Of a DNA stretch of 64,000 nt, positions 36,667 to 45,660 are shown piece after piece. The stretch comes from Gemmatimonadales bacterium. Lineage in GTDB: Bacteria; Gemmatimonadota; Gemmatimonadetes; Gemmatimonadales; GWC2-71-9. Position 1 is the stretch's first letter; each line of letters opens with the position of its first letter. The position numbers and the translations under genes were made by a program. The notes under the pieces were generated by a model. The model did no database searches. It was not told the origin of the DNA and was given only the letters and a program-made list of their open reading frames with translations. The stretch covers positions 6,915 through 70,914 of the forward strand of contig DASWII010000066.1 of NCBI GenBank assembly GCA_036397755.1, read 5' to 3'.

Positions 36667-39421
36667 CGTACCAGTTGCTGCCGCTCGCGACATCCACCAC
36701 CAGAGGCACGTCGAGCGAGGCAGCCTGTTCCATCTCGCGTCGCACCCTGTGAGTTGTCCACTCGACATCGGAGACGGCGGCCTCAAGCACCAACTCGTCG
36801 TGAACCTGCAACAGCAACCTAACATCGTGCTGCTCGCGGCGGATCGCGGCCGCCAGCGCGATCATCGCCCGCTTGATGAGGTCGGCCGCCGACCCTTGGA
36901 GGGGCGAGTTCATGGCCACGCGCTCCCCAAAGGCGCGTACATTGTACGTGCGATCCCTAAGTTCGGGGATGTAGCGTCGCCGGCCATCGATGGTCTCGGC
37001 GTAGCCGACCGTACGCGCACGCTCGATACACTCGTCCAGGTACCGGCGGACACCCGCGAACCGTTCGAAATACAGCGCGATAAACGCTTTGGCGTCGTCC
37101 ATGGATATCGCCAACTGCCGCGCTAGCGAAAAAGCTCCCTGCCCGTAGATGGTGGCGAAGTTGATGGTCTTCGCGCGCGCCCGCATCTCCGCGGTCACCT
37201 CCTCCGGGGTAACGTCGAAGATCCGTGCCGCCGTCTCTCGGTGGATGTCCCCTCCTCGTCGGAACGCCTCGACGAACATCGGATCCTTCGAAAGATGCGC
37301 CAGGAGCCGCAGCTCGATCTGCGAGTAGTCGGCGATAACGAATCGCCTTCCGGAAGCCGGCACGAAACACCGTCGAATCTCTCCGCCCCTCGCCGTTCGG
37401 ACCGGAATGTTCTGGAGATTGGGGTCTGACGACGAGAGTCGTCCGGTGGCCGCGCCGACCTGGCTGAAGCTCGTGTGCACCCGACCGGTGCGCGGGTGGA
37501 CGTAGGTCGGCAACGCTTCGAGATAGGTGGAGCGTAGCTTGGCAAGTTCCCGATACTCGAGCAGCAACCCCGGCAAGCGGTGGCCCTGGGCGGCAAGCTC
37601 GGCCAGTACGTCGGCGTCGGTCGAAGCACCCGTCTTGGTACGCTTGATCACGGGCAAGCCGAGCTTCTCGAAGAGCACGTGCCGGATTTGCGGCGTACTG
37701 TTGACGTTGAAGTCCGTTCCCGCCTCGTGGATGATCGCCGCCTCGGATTCGGTAAGGGCCGACGCAAACTCCGCCGAGAGGGCCGCCAGTCGCGCTTCGT
37801 CGAGTCCAATACCCCACCACTCCATCTCCGCCAGGACCTCGAAGAGCGGCAGTTCGATGTCTCTATACAGCCGCTGCACGCCGTGCGCGACGAGCTGAGG
37901 AGTGAAGCGGTCTTTCAGCGCGGCGATCGTCGTGAGCCGAACGCCGAGCACGGTCGCCGCTTCGTCCACACCCAGCTCCGCCGGCGGCCCGTCGGCGCGC
38001 GACGACCGCTTCGCGTCCGGCCGCGCACCAAGTTCGGTCGCGAGGTGATCGAGGGCGAGCGCCTCCAAGTCATGCGAGCGGCGTCCCGGATCGAGCACGA
38101 AGCTGGCCAACATGGTGTCGAAGCAGACGCCCCGCAGCGTGACACCGGCCCCTCGAAGCAGCAGACTAAGCCGTTTGGCGTCGTGACACACCTTGGCAAC
38201 GCCGGTGTCCGCCAGCAACCGACAAATCGGTTGGAGCGCCGCATCCGCAAGCGGACCGAGGTTGGCCGGCGGCACTGCCAAGAGGTCTCCGCCGGGCGCG
38301 TGGTGAGTCAGCGGGAAGTACCAGCAATGATCGTTCCTACCTGCCAATGCGATCCCGACCAGGACGGCGCGCAGCGGGTCCGCTCCGGAGGCCAACGCCT
38401 CCACCGCAAGGGGTGCGCTGGCGCGTAGCTCCTCGACGGCCTGCGCAATGTCCTCAGGTCCGGCGGGTACCTTCGCAAGCGAGGTCACCGGGCCGGCCGC
38501 TGGCGATGTCGACGACGGTGCGCTCGCGTCCAGCCTTCCCAGGAGCGAGTGAAACTCGAGCTCGGCATAGAGCGAGGCCAACGCCGATCGGTCCGGCTCG
38601 CGCACTTTGAGCGTCCCCAGATCAAGAGCCACTGGCACATCGCGCCGGATCGTGACCAATGATCGACTCAGCTTGGCCTGCTCCTGCTCCGCCAGGAGCG
38701 CTTCGCGTGCCCGCTTTCCCTTCACCTCCACCGCGCGCGCCAGGATGGCATCCAGATCGCCGAATTCCTCGATCAGCTTCCGCGCGGTCTTGTCTCCGAC
38801 GCCGCGCACGCCGGGAATGTTGTCCGACGCGTCGCCCACGAGCGCCAGATAGTCCACCACCCGGTCGGGCGCCACACCGAGGCGCTCGTGGGCGTTGGAG
38901 AGGTCGACGAACTGCTCGCTCACCGCCGCTGGGCCTCCGCGACCGGGGTTGAGCAGCACCACGTGCTCGTCGATCAATTGGTAGAAGTCCTTGTCACCCG
39001 ACACGATGACAGCGTGAACGTTCTCGGCCACCGCTTGCTGCGCAAGCGTGCCGATGACGTCGTCCGCCTCATAGCCGTCCACGGTGACGAGTCGAACGCG
39101 CCAGGCCTCGAGCAGCGCGGCGACGCGTTCGAGGGAACGATCGAAATCTTCCTGGAGTTCGGCATCCAACTTCGCCCGCGTGGCCTTGTAGGCCGGGTAG
39201 TACTCCTCCCGAAACGAAGAGCCGGAATCGTGCACCCACGCCACGTAGTCGGGACGATGGTCCCGAAAGAGCCGCTCGAGAAAGTTCGCGACACCCCAGA
39301 CCGCCGAGGTGTTCTCGCCCCGGCCCGTCCGGAGCGGTCGACTGATCATCGCGAAAAAAGCCCGATAAATCAGAGCGTACCCGTCAACCAAGAACAGCTT
39401 GGGGCGAGTAGGGGCAGGCAT
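36653..39421 (-). CDS. polA: DNA polymerase I
   Basis: It has a 5'-nuclease N-terminus (KLFLVDGYALIYRAFFA) and polymerase motifs DYSQIELRLLAH and QVHDELV. The start at 39421 leaves the csp terminator hairpin intergenic. Confidence 0.95.
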   Translation of the reverse strand: MPAPTRPKLFLVDGYALIYRAFFAMISRPLRTGRGENTSAVWGVANFLERLFRDHRPDYVAWVHDSGSSFREEYYPAYKATRAKLDAELQEDFDRSLERVAALLEAWRVRLVTVDGYEADDVIGTLAQQAVAENVHAVIVSGDKDFYQLIDEHVVLLNPGRGGPAAVSEQFVDLSNAHERLGVAPDRVVDYLALVGDASDNIPGVRGVGDKTARKLIEEFGDLDAILARAVEVKGKRAREALLAEQEQAKLSRSLVTIRRDVPVALDLGTLKVREPDRSALASLYAELEFHSLLGRLDASAPSSTSPAAGPVTSLAKVPAGPEDIAQAVEELRASAPLAVEALASGADPLRAVLVGIALAGRNDHCWYFPLTHHAPGGDLLAVPPANLGPLADAALQPICRLLADTGVAKVCHDAKRLSLLLRGAGVTLRGVCFDTMLASFVLDPGRRSHDLEALALDHLATELGARPDAKRSSRADGPPAELGVDEAATVLGVRLTTIAALKDRFTPQLVAHGVQRLYRDIELPLFEVLAEMEWWGIGLDEARLAALSAEFASALTESEAAIIHEAGTDFNVNSTPQIRHVLFEKLGLPVIKRTKTGASTDADVLAELAAQGHRLPGLLLEYRELAKLRSTYLEALPTYVHPRTGRVHTSFSQVGAATGRLSSSDPNLQNIPVRTARGGEIRRCFVPASGRRFVIADYSQIELRLLAHLSKDPMFVEAFRRGGDIHRETAARIFDVTPEEVTAEMRARAKTINFATIYGQGAFSLARQLAISMDDAKAFIALYFERFAGVRRYLDECIERARTVGYAETIDGRRRYIPELRDRTYNVRAFGERVAMNSPLQGSAADLIKRAMIALAAAIRREQHDVRLLLQVHDELVLEAAVSDVEWTTHRVRREMEQAASLDVPLVVDVASGSNWYDAKP

Positions 39422-39448
39422 GGGGGAAAAGATACCGGAGACACGAGC

Positions 39449-39476
39449 GCCCCGCCCAGAGATGTCTGAGCGGGGC
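39449..39476 (-). terminator. GC-rich hairpin downstream of the cold-shock gene (possible terminator)
   Basis: The structure is GCCCCGC-C-CAGA-gatg-TCTG-A-GCGGGGC. It starts about 30 nt after the csp stop. Only a weak, distal T-run follows. Confidence 0.4.
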
Positions 39477-39508
39477 ACGCGGCCGGCGCACGGCAGTGTC
39501 GTCAGACG

Positions 39509-39706
39509 CTATTTCACATTCTTCGCAAAGTGTCCGCGTTCTCCCGCCTGCACCTCAAACTCCACTTCCTGCCCTTCGGCGAGCGTACGGAACCCATCCG
39601 CCTGGATGGCCGAGAAATGCACGAACACGTCCGATCCGCCATCCATCGGCTCGATGAAGCCATAGCCCTTGGCGTCATGGAACCACTTCACCTTTCCCCG
39701 AGGCAT
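39509..39706 (-). CDS. cold-shock protein (CspA family)
   Basis: It has [14 protein letters not shown] (RNP1) and VFVHFSAI (RNP2). Confidence 0.95.
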   Translation of the reverse strand: MPRGKVKWFHDAKGYGFIEPMDGGSDVFVHFSAIQADGFRTLAEGQEVEFEVQAGERGHFAKNVK

Positions 39707-39741
39707 GCGTTCCTCCTGAGGTGACGATGGTGCGTCCGAGT

Positions 39742-39771
39742 ATTGTGCAAATGCGACCTATCCACTGTCAA
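39742..39771 (-). promoter_or_regulatory. candidate sigma70-type promoter of the csp gene
   Basis: On the minus strand it reads TTGACA (39771-39766), N18, CACAAT (39747-39742). AGGAGG lies just upstream of the ATG. Confidence 0.4.
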
Positions 39772-40310
39772 GCAAGAACCCACAACGCGGCCGCAACCCC
39801 CACCGGGGCGACCAGATTGTCATTGAAAGGACCGGGCCAGCGCTCCAGGGTGGACCCCAACGCGGCGCCAGCCAGCGCCGGCACCATACCCCATCCGAGC
39901 ACCGACATACAGGCGACACCGACGAAGAAGTGACTCCCGGTTCCCCACCAGGTCTTTGGTGCCGTCCCAACGTAGGACCCCACCGTCGCGGCCGTCGGGT
40001 CGGCCAACGCCGTGGCGAGGATCGCACCAGCGCCTGCCGGGGCCGGCATCCAGATCGCGATCGCATACCCCACCCACAACCATGCCGCACCACTCCACGC
40101 ACGAGCCTCGCGAGGGCGGAACACCGGAAGCCATCCGGCAAGCCATGCATGCATGGCCGGCACGAGTATGCGCATCGTGTCGACGGCGACCGCGAGTGCG
40201 GCTATGGTCGTGACGGACCAGCGGAGCGCCGACCACGAGCCGAGCATCAGGACACCAAGGATCCCGGCCGTGGAGGCGTGCAGCAACCGACGTAAAGTCA
40301 TCGAGCTCAC
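39768..40310 (-). CDS. polytopic membrane protein (possibly polyprenol/diacylglycerol kinase or CDS-like family)
   Basis: It has about 5 hydrophobic helices and a weak ADPTAATVGSYVG motif. It forms an ATGA overlap with the upstream SLT gene. Confidence 0.5.
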   Translation of the reverse strand: MSSMTLRRLLHASTAGILGVLMLGSWSALRWSVTTIAALAVAVDTMRILVPAMHAWLAGWLPVFRPREARAWSGAAWLWVGYAIAIWMPAPAGAGAILATALADPTAATVGSYVGTAPKTWWGTGSHFFVGVACMSVLGWGMVPALAGAALGSTLERWPGPFNDNLVAPVGVAAALWVLA

Positions 40311-42529
40311 GGCTCGTCGATGACCGCCTCTCCCGCCGGTGGATACAGCGCACGATAGATCGAGTGATTCAACACGACGGATTGCACGTACCCTCGTGTC
40401 TCGGCGTAGGGGATCAGTTCAATGAAACGATATGGGTCGCTCGCCTCGGGTAGTCGGATCCACCGTGCCACCGGTGTCCCTCCGGCGTTGTATGCGGCGA
40501 GCGCCGACACCACGCTCTCGTAGCGACGCAGCAATGCCGCCAAATGCGCGGCACCGAGATGGAGGTTGGCGTCGGCCACGGCAAGCCACTCCTTGTCCCA
40601 CTCGACCCCCAGCTGGCGCGCCACCTGCACCGCGGTGCTCGGCATCAACTGCATCAATCCCCGCGCTCCCGCGCGGGACGTCACGGCCTCACGGAACGCC
40701 GATTCCTGGCGGACCACGGCAGCCAAGAGATAAGGATCGACCCCGTGCTCGATCGCCTCCCGCTCGATAAGCGTGCGCACGGGCCAGGGATACGGATAGA
40801 TCACGCGCAGCACCCGCGCGTCGTGCAGCGACCGCTGGCCGGCTACCCTCCATCCGACGCGGATGCCTTCGACGATCCACCCACGTCCCGACAGTCCTTC
40901 CGCCAACTGGAGCGCCGCCTCCGGTTCGGTCACCGTATCCATCAGGTGCGTAACGAGCGTTCGGACCTCTTCGTCGAGACCCGCATCGCGCAGCACGTCC
41001 AGCTTCTGCAACGCCTCGGCAAGCCAGGGTCGTAGCGGCGGTGGCGGCTGCGTGGTGACGTTCAAGCCGGCAAGGCCCGCCGCCTCTCGGGCGGCCGTGC
41101 CGTAGTAACCAAGCGAGTCTTCGACGGCCAGGCGCGCCCAGTGCGCACGTGCCCCGGCGGTGTCACCGAGGGCCTGACGCGTCTGTGCAGTAAAGAACCG
41201 CGCCGCAAACCGCTGCTCCCCGCCAACGCCGATCTCCTGCCTGTACCAGTCGAGCGCGGCTGCGTGATCACCGTGGCGAAGGGCGAGGGCCGCGAGCTGG
41301 ATGCGCGAGCGGGAACCATAGGTGTGACGCGGCCACGAGGTGGCAACCCATCGCAGCAGGGCGTTTGCGGCGTCTTGGGGCATGACGCGCATTGCTCGCT
41401 CGGCCACGAGGTAGGCGGCGATCGGTGCCTGGGACGCGCCTGGGTGTTCTCGGGCAAACGCTTCCAGAGCCGCATACCCCTGCGGCGCGCGGCCGATCGC
41501 AATGAGGAGCCGCGCTCGTCGGTACTCCGCCAGCGTGCCCTCGCCACCACCAGATTGTCGCGCCCGTTCGTACGCCGCGAGCGCAGCGGAGGGTCGACCC
41601 AACGCGGACTCTAAGTCCCCCAACAACCGCAGCACGCCCGCTGAGGAGTCGCCCGCCACGACCGCGCGCCGGATGAGCTCCACTGCGCTCCCGAGGTCAT
41701 AGTTTCGGACGACACCGGCCAGTCGCGTGAGTTCGGACGATCCTGCCGGCGGAAACCCCTCCATGACGATGCGCGCGGCCGATCGCGAAATGCCGGTGTC
41801 GGCGTCGCGCAGCGCGCGATACAGTAGCGCCCGGGCTCGCGGCGTATCGCCTTGGCTTTGCGCGATGGCTGCGGCGTCGATGGGCCTCCCCGCAGACTCG
41901 AGCGCCATGATGGCCTGCGTGGTGTCCGCGTACCGGAGATAGAGGTCCGCGCGCACCCGGGCCACGAGCGGTCGCGCTGCGGGGGGCGCGCTCTTCAACT
42001 GTTCGAACGCCCTAACGGGATTGTCTTCCATCCTCGCTTGCCGGAGCGCGATCCAACCGCGTACGGTGCTCAACAGTGCAGCCGCCTGCCGATATGCGTT
42101 CCTCGCCAACTCCAATTCCGAGGCCGCTTCGTACGCGACGCCTGCCCGGGCCCACAACACCCCCTGGCGCGCACGCTCGGCGCGGGCCGCGGCCGCCGCT
42201 AGCAGCCGACCCGCCTCGGCCGCAGCGCCCGCCTGGCTGTAGGCGGCCGCACGCAACTCCAGCACGTCGACGCGTTGAGCCTCGAGGTCGCCCAGCACGT
42301 CCATCAGCTCGTGGGCGCGCCAGCCCCGTCCAAGCACGAGTTCCGCGCGAACCAACTCCAGCAGCGAGTCCGTGGCGCTGGCCGCCGGATCGGCGCGGGT
42401 TGCCGAGAGACCGCCAACCAGGTGCCAAGACGGGACCGGCGCATGCCCGCCCCCTTGAGCGACCAGCGCACTTCCCTGGGCACCCGCTGCCCAAAGAAAC
42501 ACGGCAATCATCGCAGCTCGGATCGTCAT
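40307..42529 (-). CDS. soluble lytic murein transglycosylase (Slt70-like: superhelical repeat domain + SLT domain)
   Basis: The SLT catalytic region is VVRQESAFRE..GLMQLMPSTA..AYNAG. It has a signal peptide and a long Ala/Leu-rich helical repeat N-domain. Confidence 0.85.
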   Translation of the reverse strand: MTIRAAMIAVFLWAAGAQGSALVAQGGGHAPVPSWHLVGGLSATRADPAASATDSLLELVRAELVLGRGWRAHELMDVLGDLEAQRVDVLELRAAAYSQAGAAAEAGRLLAAAAARAERARQGVLWARAGVAYEAASELELARNAYRQAAALLSTVRGWIALRQARMEDNPVRAFEQLKSAPPAARPLVARVRADLYLRYADTTQAIMALESAGRPIDAAAIAQSQGDTPRARALLYRALRDADTGISRSAARIVMEGFPPAGSSELTRLAGVVRNYDLGSAVELIRRAVVAGDSSAGVLRLLGDLESALGRPSAALAAYERARQSGGGEGTLAEYRRARLLIAIGRAPQGYAALEAFAREHPGASQAPIAAYLVAERAMRVMPQDAANALLRWVATSWPRHTYGSRSRIQLAALALRHGDHAAALDWYRQEIGVGGEQRFAARFFTAQTRQALGDTAGARAHWARLAVEDSLGYYGTAAREAAGLAGLNVTTQPPPPLRPWLAEALQKLDVLRDAGLDEEVRTLVTHLMDTVTEPEAALQLAEGLSGRGWIVEGIRVGWRVAGQRSLHDARVLRVIYPYPWPVRTLIEREAIEHGVDPYLLAAVVRQESAFREAVTSRAGARGLMQLMPSTAVQVARQLGVEWDKEWLAVADANLHLGAAHLAALLRRYESVVSALAAYNAGGTPVARWIRLPEASDPYRFIELIPYAETRGYVQSVVLNHSIYRALYPPAGEAVIDEP

Positions 42530-42681
42530 GGACCTCACCTCCACACAAACTCTCTAGCAAGCTTCCTGCCGCCGACTAACCGCCCGCGACGTCGGCCGTA
42601 GCGCGGGGGGGAAACTGCTCAGGGTCAATCCGCCCAATGACTTGCCCACCACAACGGGCCTGCCTTACTTTGGCCGACGCT

Positions 42682-43644
42682 ATGGCGCAAGAAAACCTCT
42701 GCGGACGCACAGTGGCGGGCTACCGCCTTATCGATCTGGTTGGTGAGGGAGGGACGGCTACTGTCTACCGCGCCGAACACCCCGAGCGTGGAGTCAGCGC
42801 CGTCAAGATCCTCAAGCAACGCATGCGTAATGATGCCACGGCAGTCAAGCGCTTTCTGCGCGAGGCCGGCTACGGAAGCCGGGTAGTACACCCGGCGATC
42901 GTCCGCACGTTCGACTTTGGGGATGAGGATGGTCTCTATTACCTCGCGCTCGAGTGGGTGCGCGGCGAATCGCTCGCTGACTACGTGAATCGGCAGGGAC
43001 GCCTCCCTCCGGAGCAGGTGGCCAAGATCATCAGTCAGCTCGCTGACGGACTCGAGGCTGCGCATGCGGAAGGCATTATCCATCGGGACCTGAAGCCGGA
43101 GAACATGATCTACGATCCGGAGTCCGGGACCGTAAAGCTGCTCGACTTCGGCATCGCGCGGGACGCTCAACAGGACGCCACCGAACGGCTCACGCGCACG
43201 GGTTTCTTTGTGGGCACGCTCAACTATGTTGCCCCGGAGGCCCTGTCCGGTGAGCTGGTCGGAGAAGCGGCAGACACCTACAGCTTGGCCACGATCGCGT
43301 ATTATCTGCTGACTGGACGCCACCCGTATTCGGGTAGAACACCCCGCGAGATCTTCCAGCAGCTCCTCTCTCAGCCGCCCGTGCCGCTCAACGACGCCGT
43401 TGCCGGGTTGCGGTTCCCGGACGAACTCGAGGCCGTCGTCATGACGGCACTGTCGCGCGACCCGGCCGAGCGGCAGGACACCGTCCGGCACTTCGGAGAA
43501 CAGGTCGTACACGCGGCCCGCCGCATATCGCCATCCAGTGTACCGCGCCGACAGGCCGCAGAACCGAAAACCGGATCCAAGGCCGACCAATCGAGCGGAA
43601 TCGCCGGTAAACTGCGAACGTTCTTTGGCAAAAACAAACTGTAG
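42682..43644 (+). CDS. Hanks-type serine/threonine protein kinase (kinase domain + short tail)
   Basis: It has GEGGTATVY, AVKILK, HRDLKPEN, DFGIAR and APE. An alternative upstream start lies at 42637. Confidence 0.9.
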   Translation: MAQENLCGRTVAGYRLIDLVGEGGTATVYRAEHPERGVSAVKILKQRMRNDATAVKRFLREAGYGSRVVHPAIVRTFDFGDEDGLYYLALEWVRGESLADYVNRQGRLPPEQVAKIISQLADGLEAAHAEGIIHRDLKPENMIYDPESGTVKLLDFGIARDAQQDATERLTRTGFFVGTLNYVAPEALSGELVGEAADTYSLATIAYYLLTGRHPYSGRTPREIFQQLLSQPPVPLNDAVAGLRFPDELEAVVMTALSRDPAERQDTVRHFGEQVVHAARRISPSSVPRRQAAEPKTGSKADQSSGIAGKLRTFFGKNKL

Positions 43645-43663
43645 TAGTAGCTCTAGCTACTAC
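43644..43663. repeat. perfect 9-bp inverted repeat GTAGTAGCT-ct-AGCTACTAC straddling the kinase stop
   Basis: Read directly from the sequence. It is AT/CTAG-rich in a GC-rich context and lies between the kinase and pyrE. Confidence 0.6.
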
Positions 43664-43671
43664 CACGCAAA

Positions 43672-44235
43672 TTGAACGCTCAAGCACGAGAGATTCAGCT
43701 GGCCACGCTTGCGGAGATGCTGAAGGTTCGATCCGTGCGCACCGGCGATTTCGAGCTTTCTTCGGGCAGGCGGTCTCGCTTTTACGTCGACGCTCGAACG
43801 ACCACCATGTCCGCAGAGGGCGCGGCGATCATTGGGAGGCTGGGGCTGATGGAGATCCGGGCTGCGGGCTGGGAGCCCCTGGCGGTCGGTGGACTCACGC
43901 TCGGCTCCGACCCCGTCGCGTACGCCTTGAGCGCGGCCAGCCTCGCCGACCCGCCCGTGATCAACGCCTTTACGGTGCGCAAGGCCACGAAGGCGCACGG
44001 AACGCAACGCCGCATCGAAGGCTGTTTCGTGGCCGATAGCCCCGTCGTGGTGGTCGAGGACGTCATAACGTCGGGAGCGTCGGCGCTCGACGCGGTCGCT
44101 GCGGTGAAAGCGGAGGGAGGTACGGTGCTCGGCGTAATTGCCTTGCTCGATCGTGAGGAGGGGGGAGCGGATGCGATCCGTGATGCCGGACTGGACCTGC
44201 GCATACTCGTTCGCCTGTCAGAACTCGGGCTCTGA
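43672..44235 (+). CDS. pyrE: orotate phosphoribosyltransferase
   Basis: It has the PRPP-binding motif VVVVEDVITSGAS, plus SGRRSRFYVD. The start is TTG. Confidence 0.9.
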   Translation: MNAQAREIQLATLAEMLKVRSVRTGDFELSSGRRSRFYVDARTTTMSAEGAAIIGRLGLMEIRAAGWEPLAVGGLTLGSDPVAYALSAASLADPPVINAFTVRKATKAHGTQRRIEGCFVADSPVVVVEDVITSGASALDAVAAVKAEGGTVLGVIALLDREEGGADAIRDAGLDLRILVRLSELGL

Positions 44236-44265
44236 TCGCCACGGTCCCATCCCTTACCGACCCCG

Positions 44266-45129
44266 TCAGCCCGGTTGTCCCGGATCTCCCGCCCCTAGAG
44301 TAAATGGACGGAACGAGCCGAACGTGGATCGGTAAGGGAAGATCAGGGCCTCGCCAAATTCCCGGACGACTCGGGCGAACCCGTAGTGACGTCGGAATTC
44401 GGTAGCGCAGACACCAAGCGTCGAGCGCACATGCCGCCCAAAACTCTGAGGCGAAGAGAATTCCAACGCGTAGGCAGCGTCGGCGATGCTCCGGCCTGGC
44501 GCCTCCAGGAGTTCCGCCGCGTACGCCAGTCGGATTCCCACCAAGTACTGTTTGGGCGACGGAAGCCGGGCGCGGAGGAAGCGGGACATGAAGGTGCTCG
44601 GGGGCGATCCCAACAGCCGGCTGAGCTCCCGAACCGTCTTCACACCGGGCGCCACGCGTACGAGGTACTCAAAGAGTCGGCGACACTCCACCGTGGCCTG
44701 CGGACCGAGCGCCGGGACCAGGTGTTGAAGGATCCGCGCACCCGCCGCTGAAGTGGGGCTGGATACGACGGCGCGCAAACGGTGCCAGCCGTCCCGATCC
44801 CTGAGATCGATCACCCCTCGTACGCCATGGGCACCCAGATCCAGCAGTGTCTGAGGGGCGCTCAGGTCCTCGCGAGAGGCCATGACCGCGAGCGTCGAGA
44901 CGTTGGGGAAGCTGCGCACCAGCTTCGCCAATTCCGGGAGCTGCTCGCTCGGGACCGCGTGTGGCGAGACGAGGACGGCCCGCACCGGTCGTTCGCGCAC
45001 GCATCGGATCGCCTCGGAAACGGACCTCACATGGTACGTCTTGCAGCCGCTGCCGATGGCCGCGTCCAGCCGCGCTTGTGTGTGCGGCAGTACGATGGTC
45101 GCCACTGCAGCGCTTTGGGACAGCAACAT
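44266..45129 (-). CDS. AraC-family transcriptional regulator with a receiver-like N-terminal domain
   Basis: The C-terminal AraC HTH is SIADAAYALEFSSPQSFGRHVRSTLGVCATEFRR. The N-terminal roughly 120 aa are (beta-alpha)5-like. Confidence 0.75.
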   Translation of the reverse strand: MLLSQSAAVATIVLPHTQARLDAAIGSGCKTYHVRSVSEAIRCVRERPVRAVLVSPHAVPSEQLPELAKLVRSFPNVSTLAVMASREDLSAPQTLLDLGAHGVRGVIDLRDRDGWHRLRAVVSSPTSAAGARILQHLVPALGPQATVECRRLFEYLVRVAPGVKTVRELSRLLGSPPSTFMSRFLRARLPSPKQYLVGIRLAYAAELLEAPGRSIADAAYALEFSSPQSFGRHVRSTLGVCATEFRRHYGFARVVREFGEALIFPYRSTFGSFRPFTLGAGDPGQPG

Positions 45130-45249
45130 CAGTGCATCCTCGATCTTCGGCCGCCGCAGGATCGAGTGGGGGTCTCAAATCCCAATCAACGCCGCCCCCG
45201 GCGGGTTGCGCGTCTGTCAACAGGCAGCCGCTTCTAGCTATCTTGCTTC

Positions 45250-45613
45250 GGGGAGTGGTGGGTGCGACGGTCGCGGTCCACGTTGGATCGAGGAAAGTCC
45301 GAACTCCGTAGGGCAGACTGCCAGGTAACGCCTGGGCGTCGAGAGGCGACGGTAAGGGCCACAGAGAACAGACCGCCTGCGACCTGGTCGTAGGTAAGGG
45401 TGAAACGGTGGGGTAAGAGCCCACCGCGCACCTGGTAACAGCGTGCGGCACGGCAACCCCCAGTCGGAGCAAGGCCAAATAGGCGGCGAGGTCCTGCCCG
45501 GACCGCCCGAGCCGCGGGTAGGCCGCTAGAGGTGTCAGGCGACTGCCACCGCAGAGAGATGACCGTCCGGCATTCGTGTCGAACAGAACTCGGCTTACGA
45601 CCCACCACTCCAC
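45250..45613 (+). ncRNA. rnpB: RNase P RNA, bacterial type A
   Basis: The P1 pairing is GGAGTGGTGGGT / ACCCACCACTCC. The P4 5' strand is CGAGGAAAGTCCGAAC. Other conserved elements are GGTAACGCC, GCCACAGAGAACAG and GGTAAGGGTGAAACGGTGGGGTAAGAGCCCACC. The P4 3' strand is ACAGAACTCGGCTTAC. Confidence 0.9.
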
Positions 45614-45660
45614 CCCACACGGGCGTGGTCGGCGAGCACCTGAGCGGGAGCGCAATCGGC

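Noticed and set aside
42625-43590. A 321-aa minus-strand ORF opposite the Ser/Thr kinase.
   Set aside because: The plus-strand frame has all the Hanks kinase subdomain motifs. The antisense frame has none.
44669-45655. A 328-aa minus-strand ORF, with several smaller ORFs, spanning 45230-45700.
   Set aside because: The region is occupied by the AraC gene 5' part and by a clear type A RNase P RNA on the plus strand. The ORF is fortuitous.
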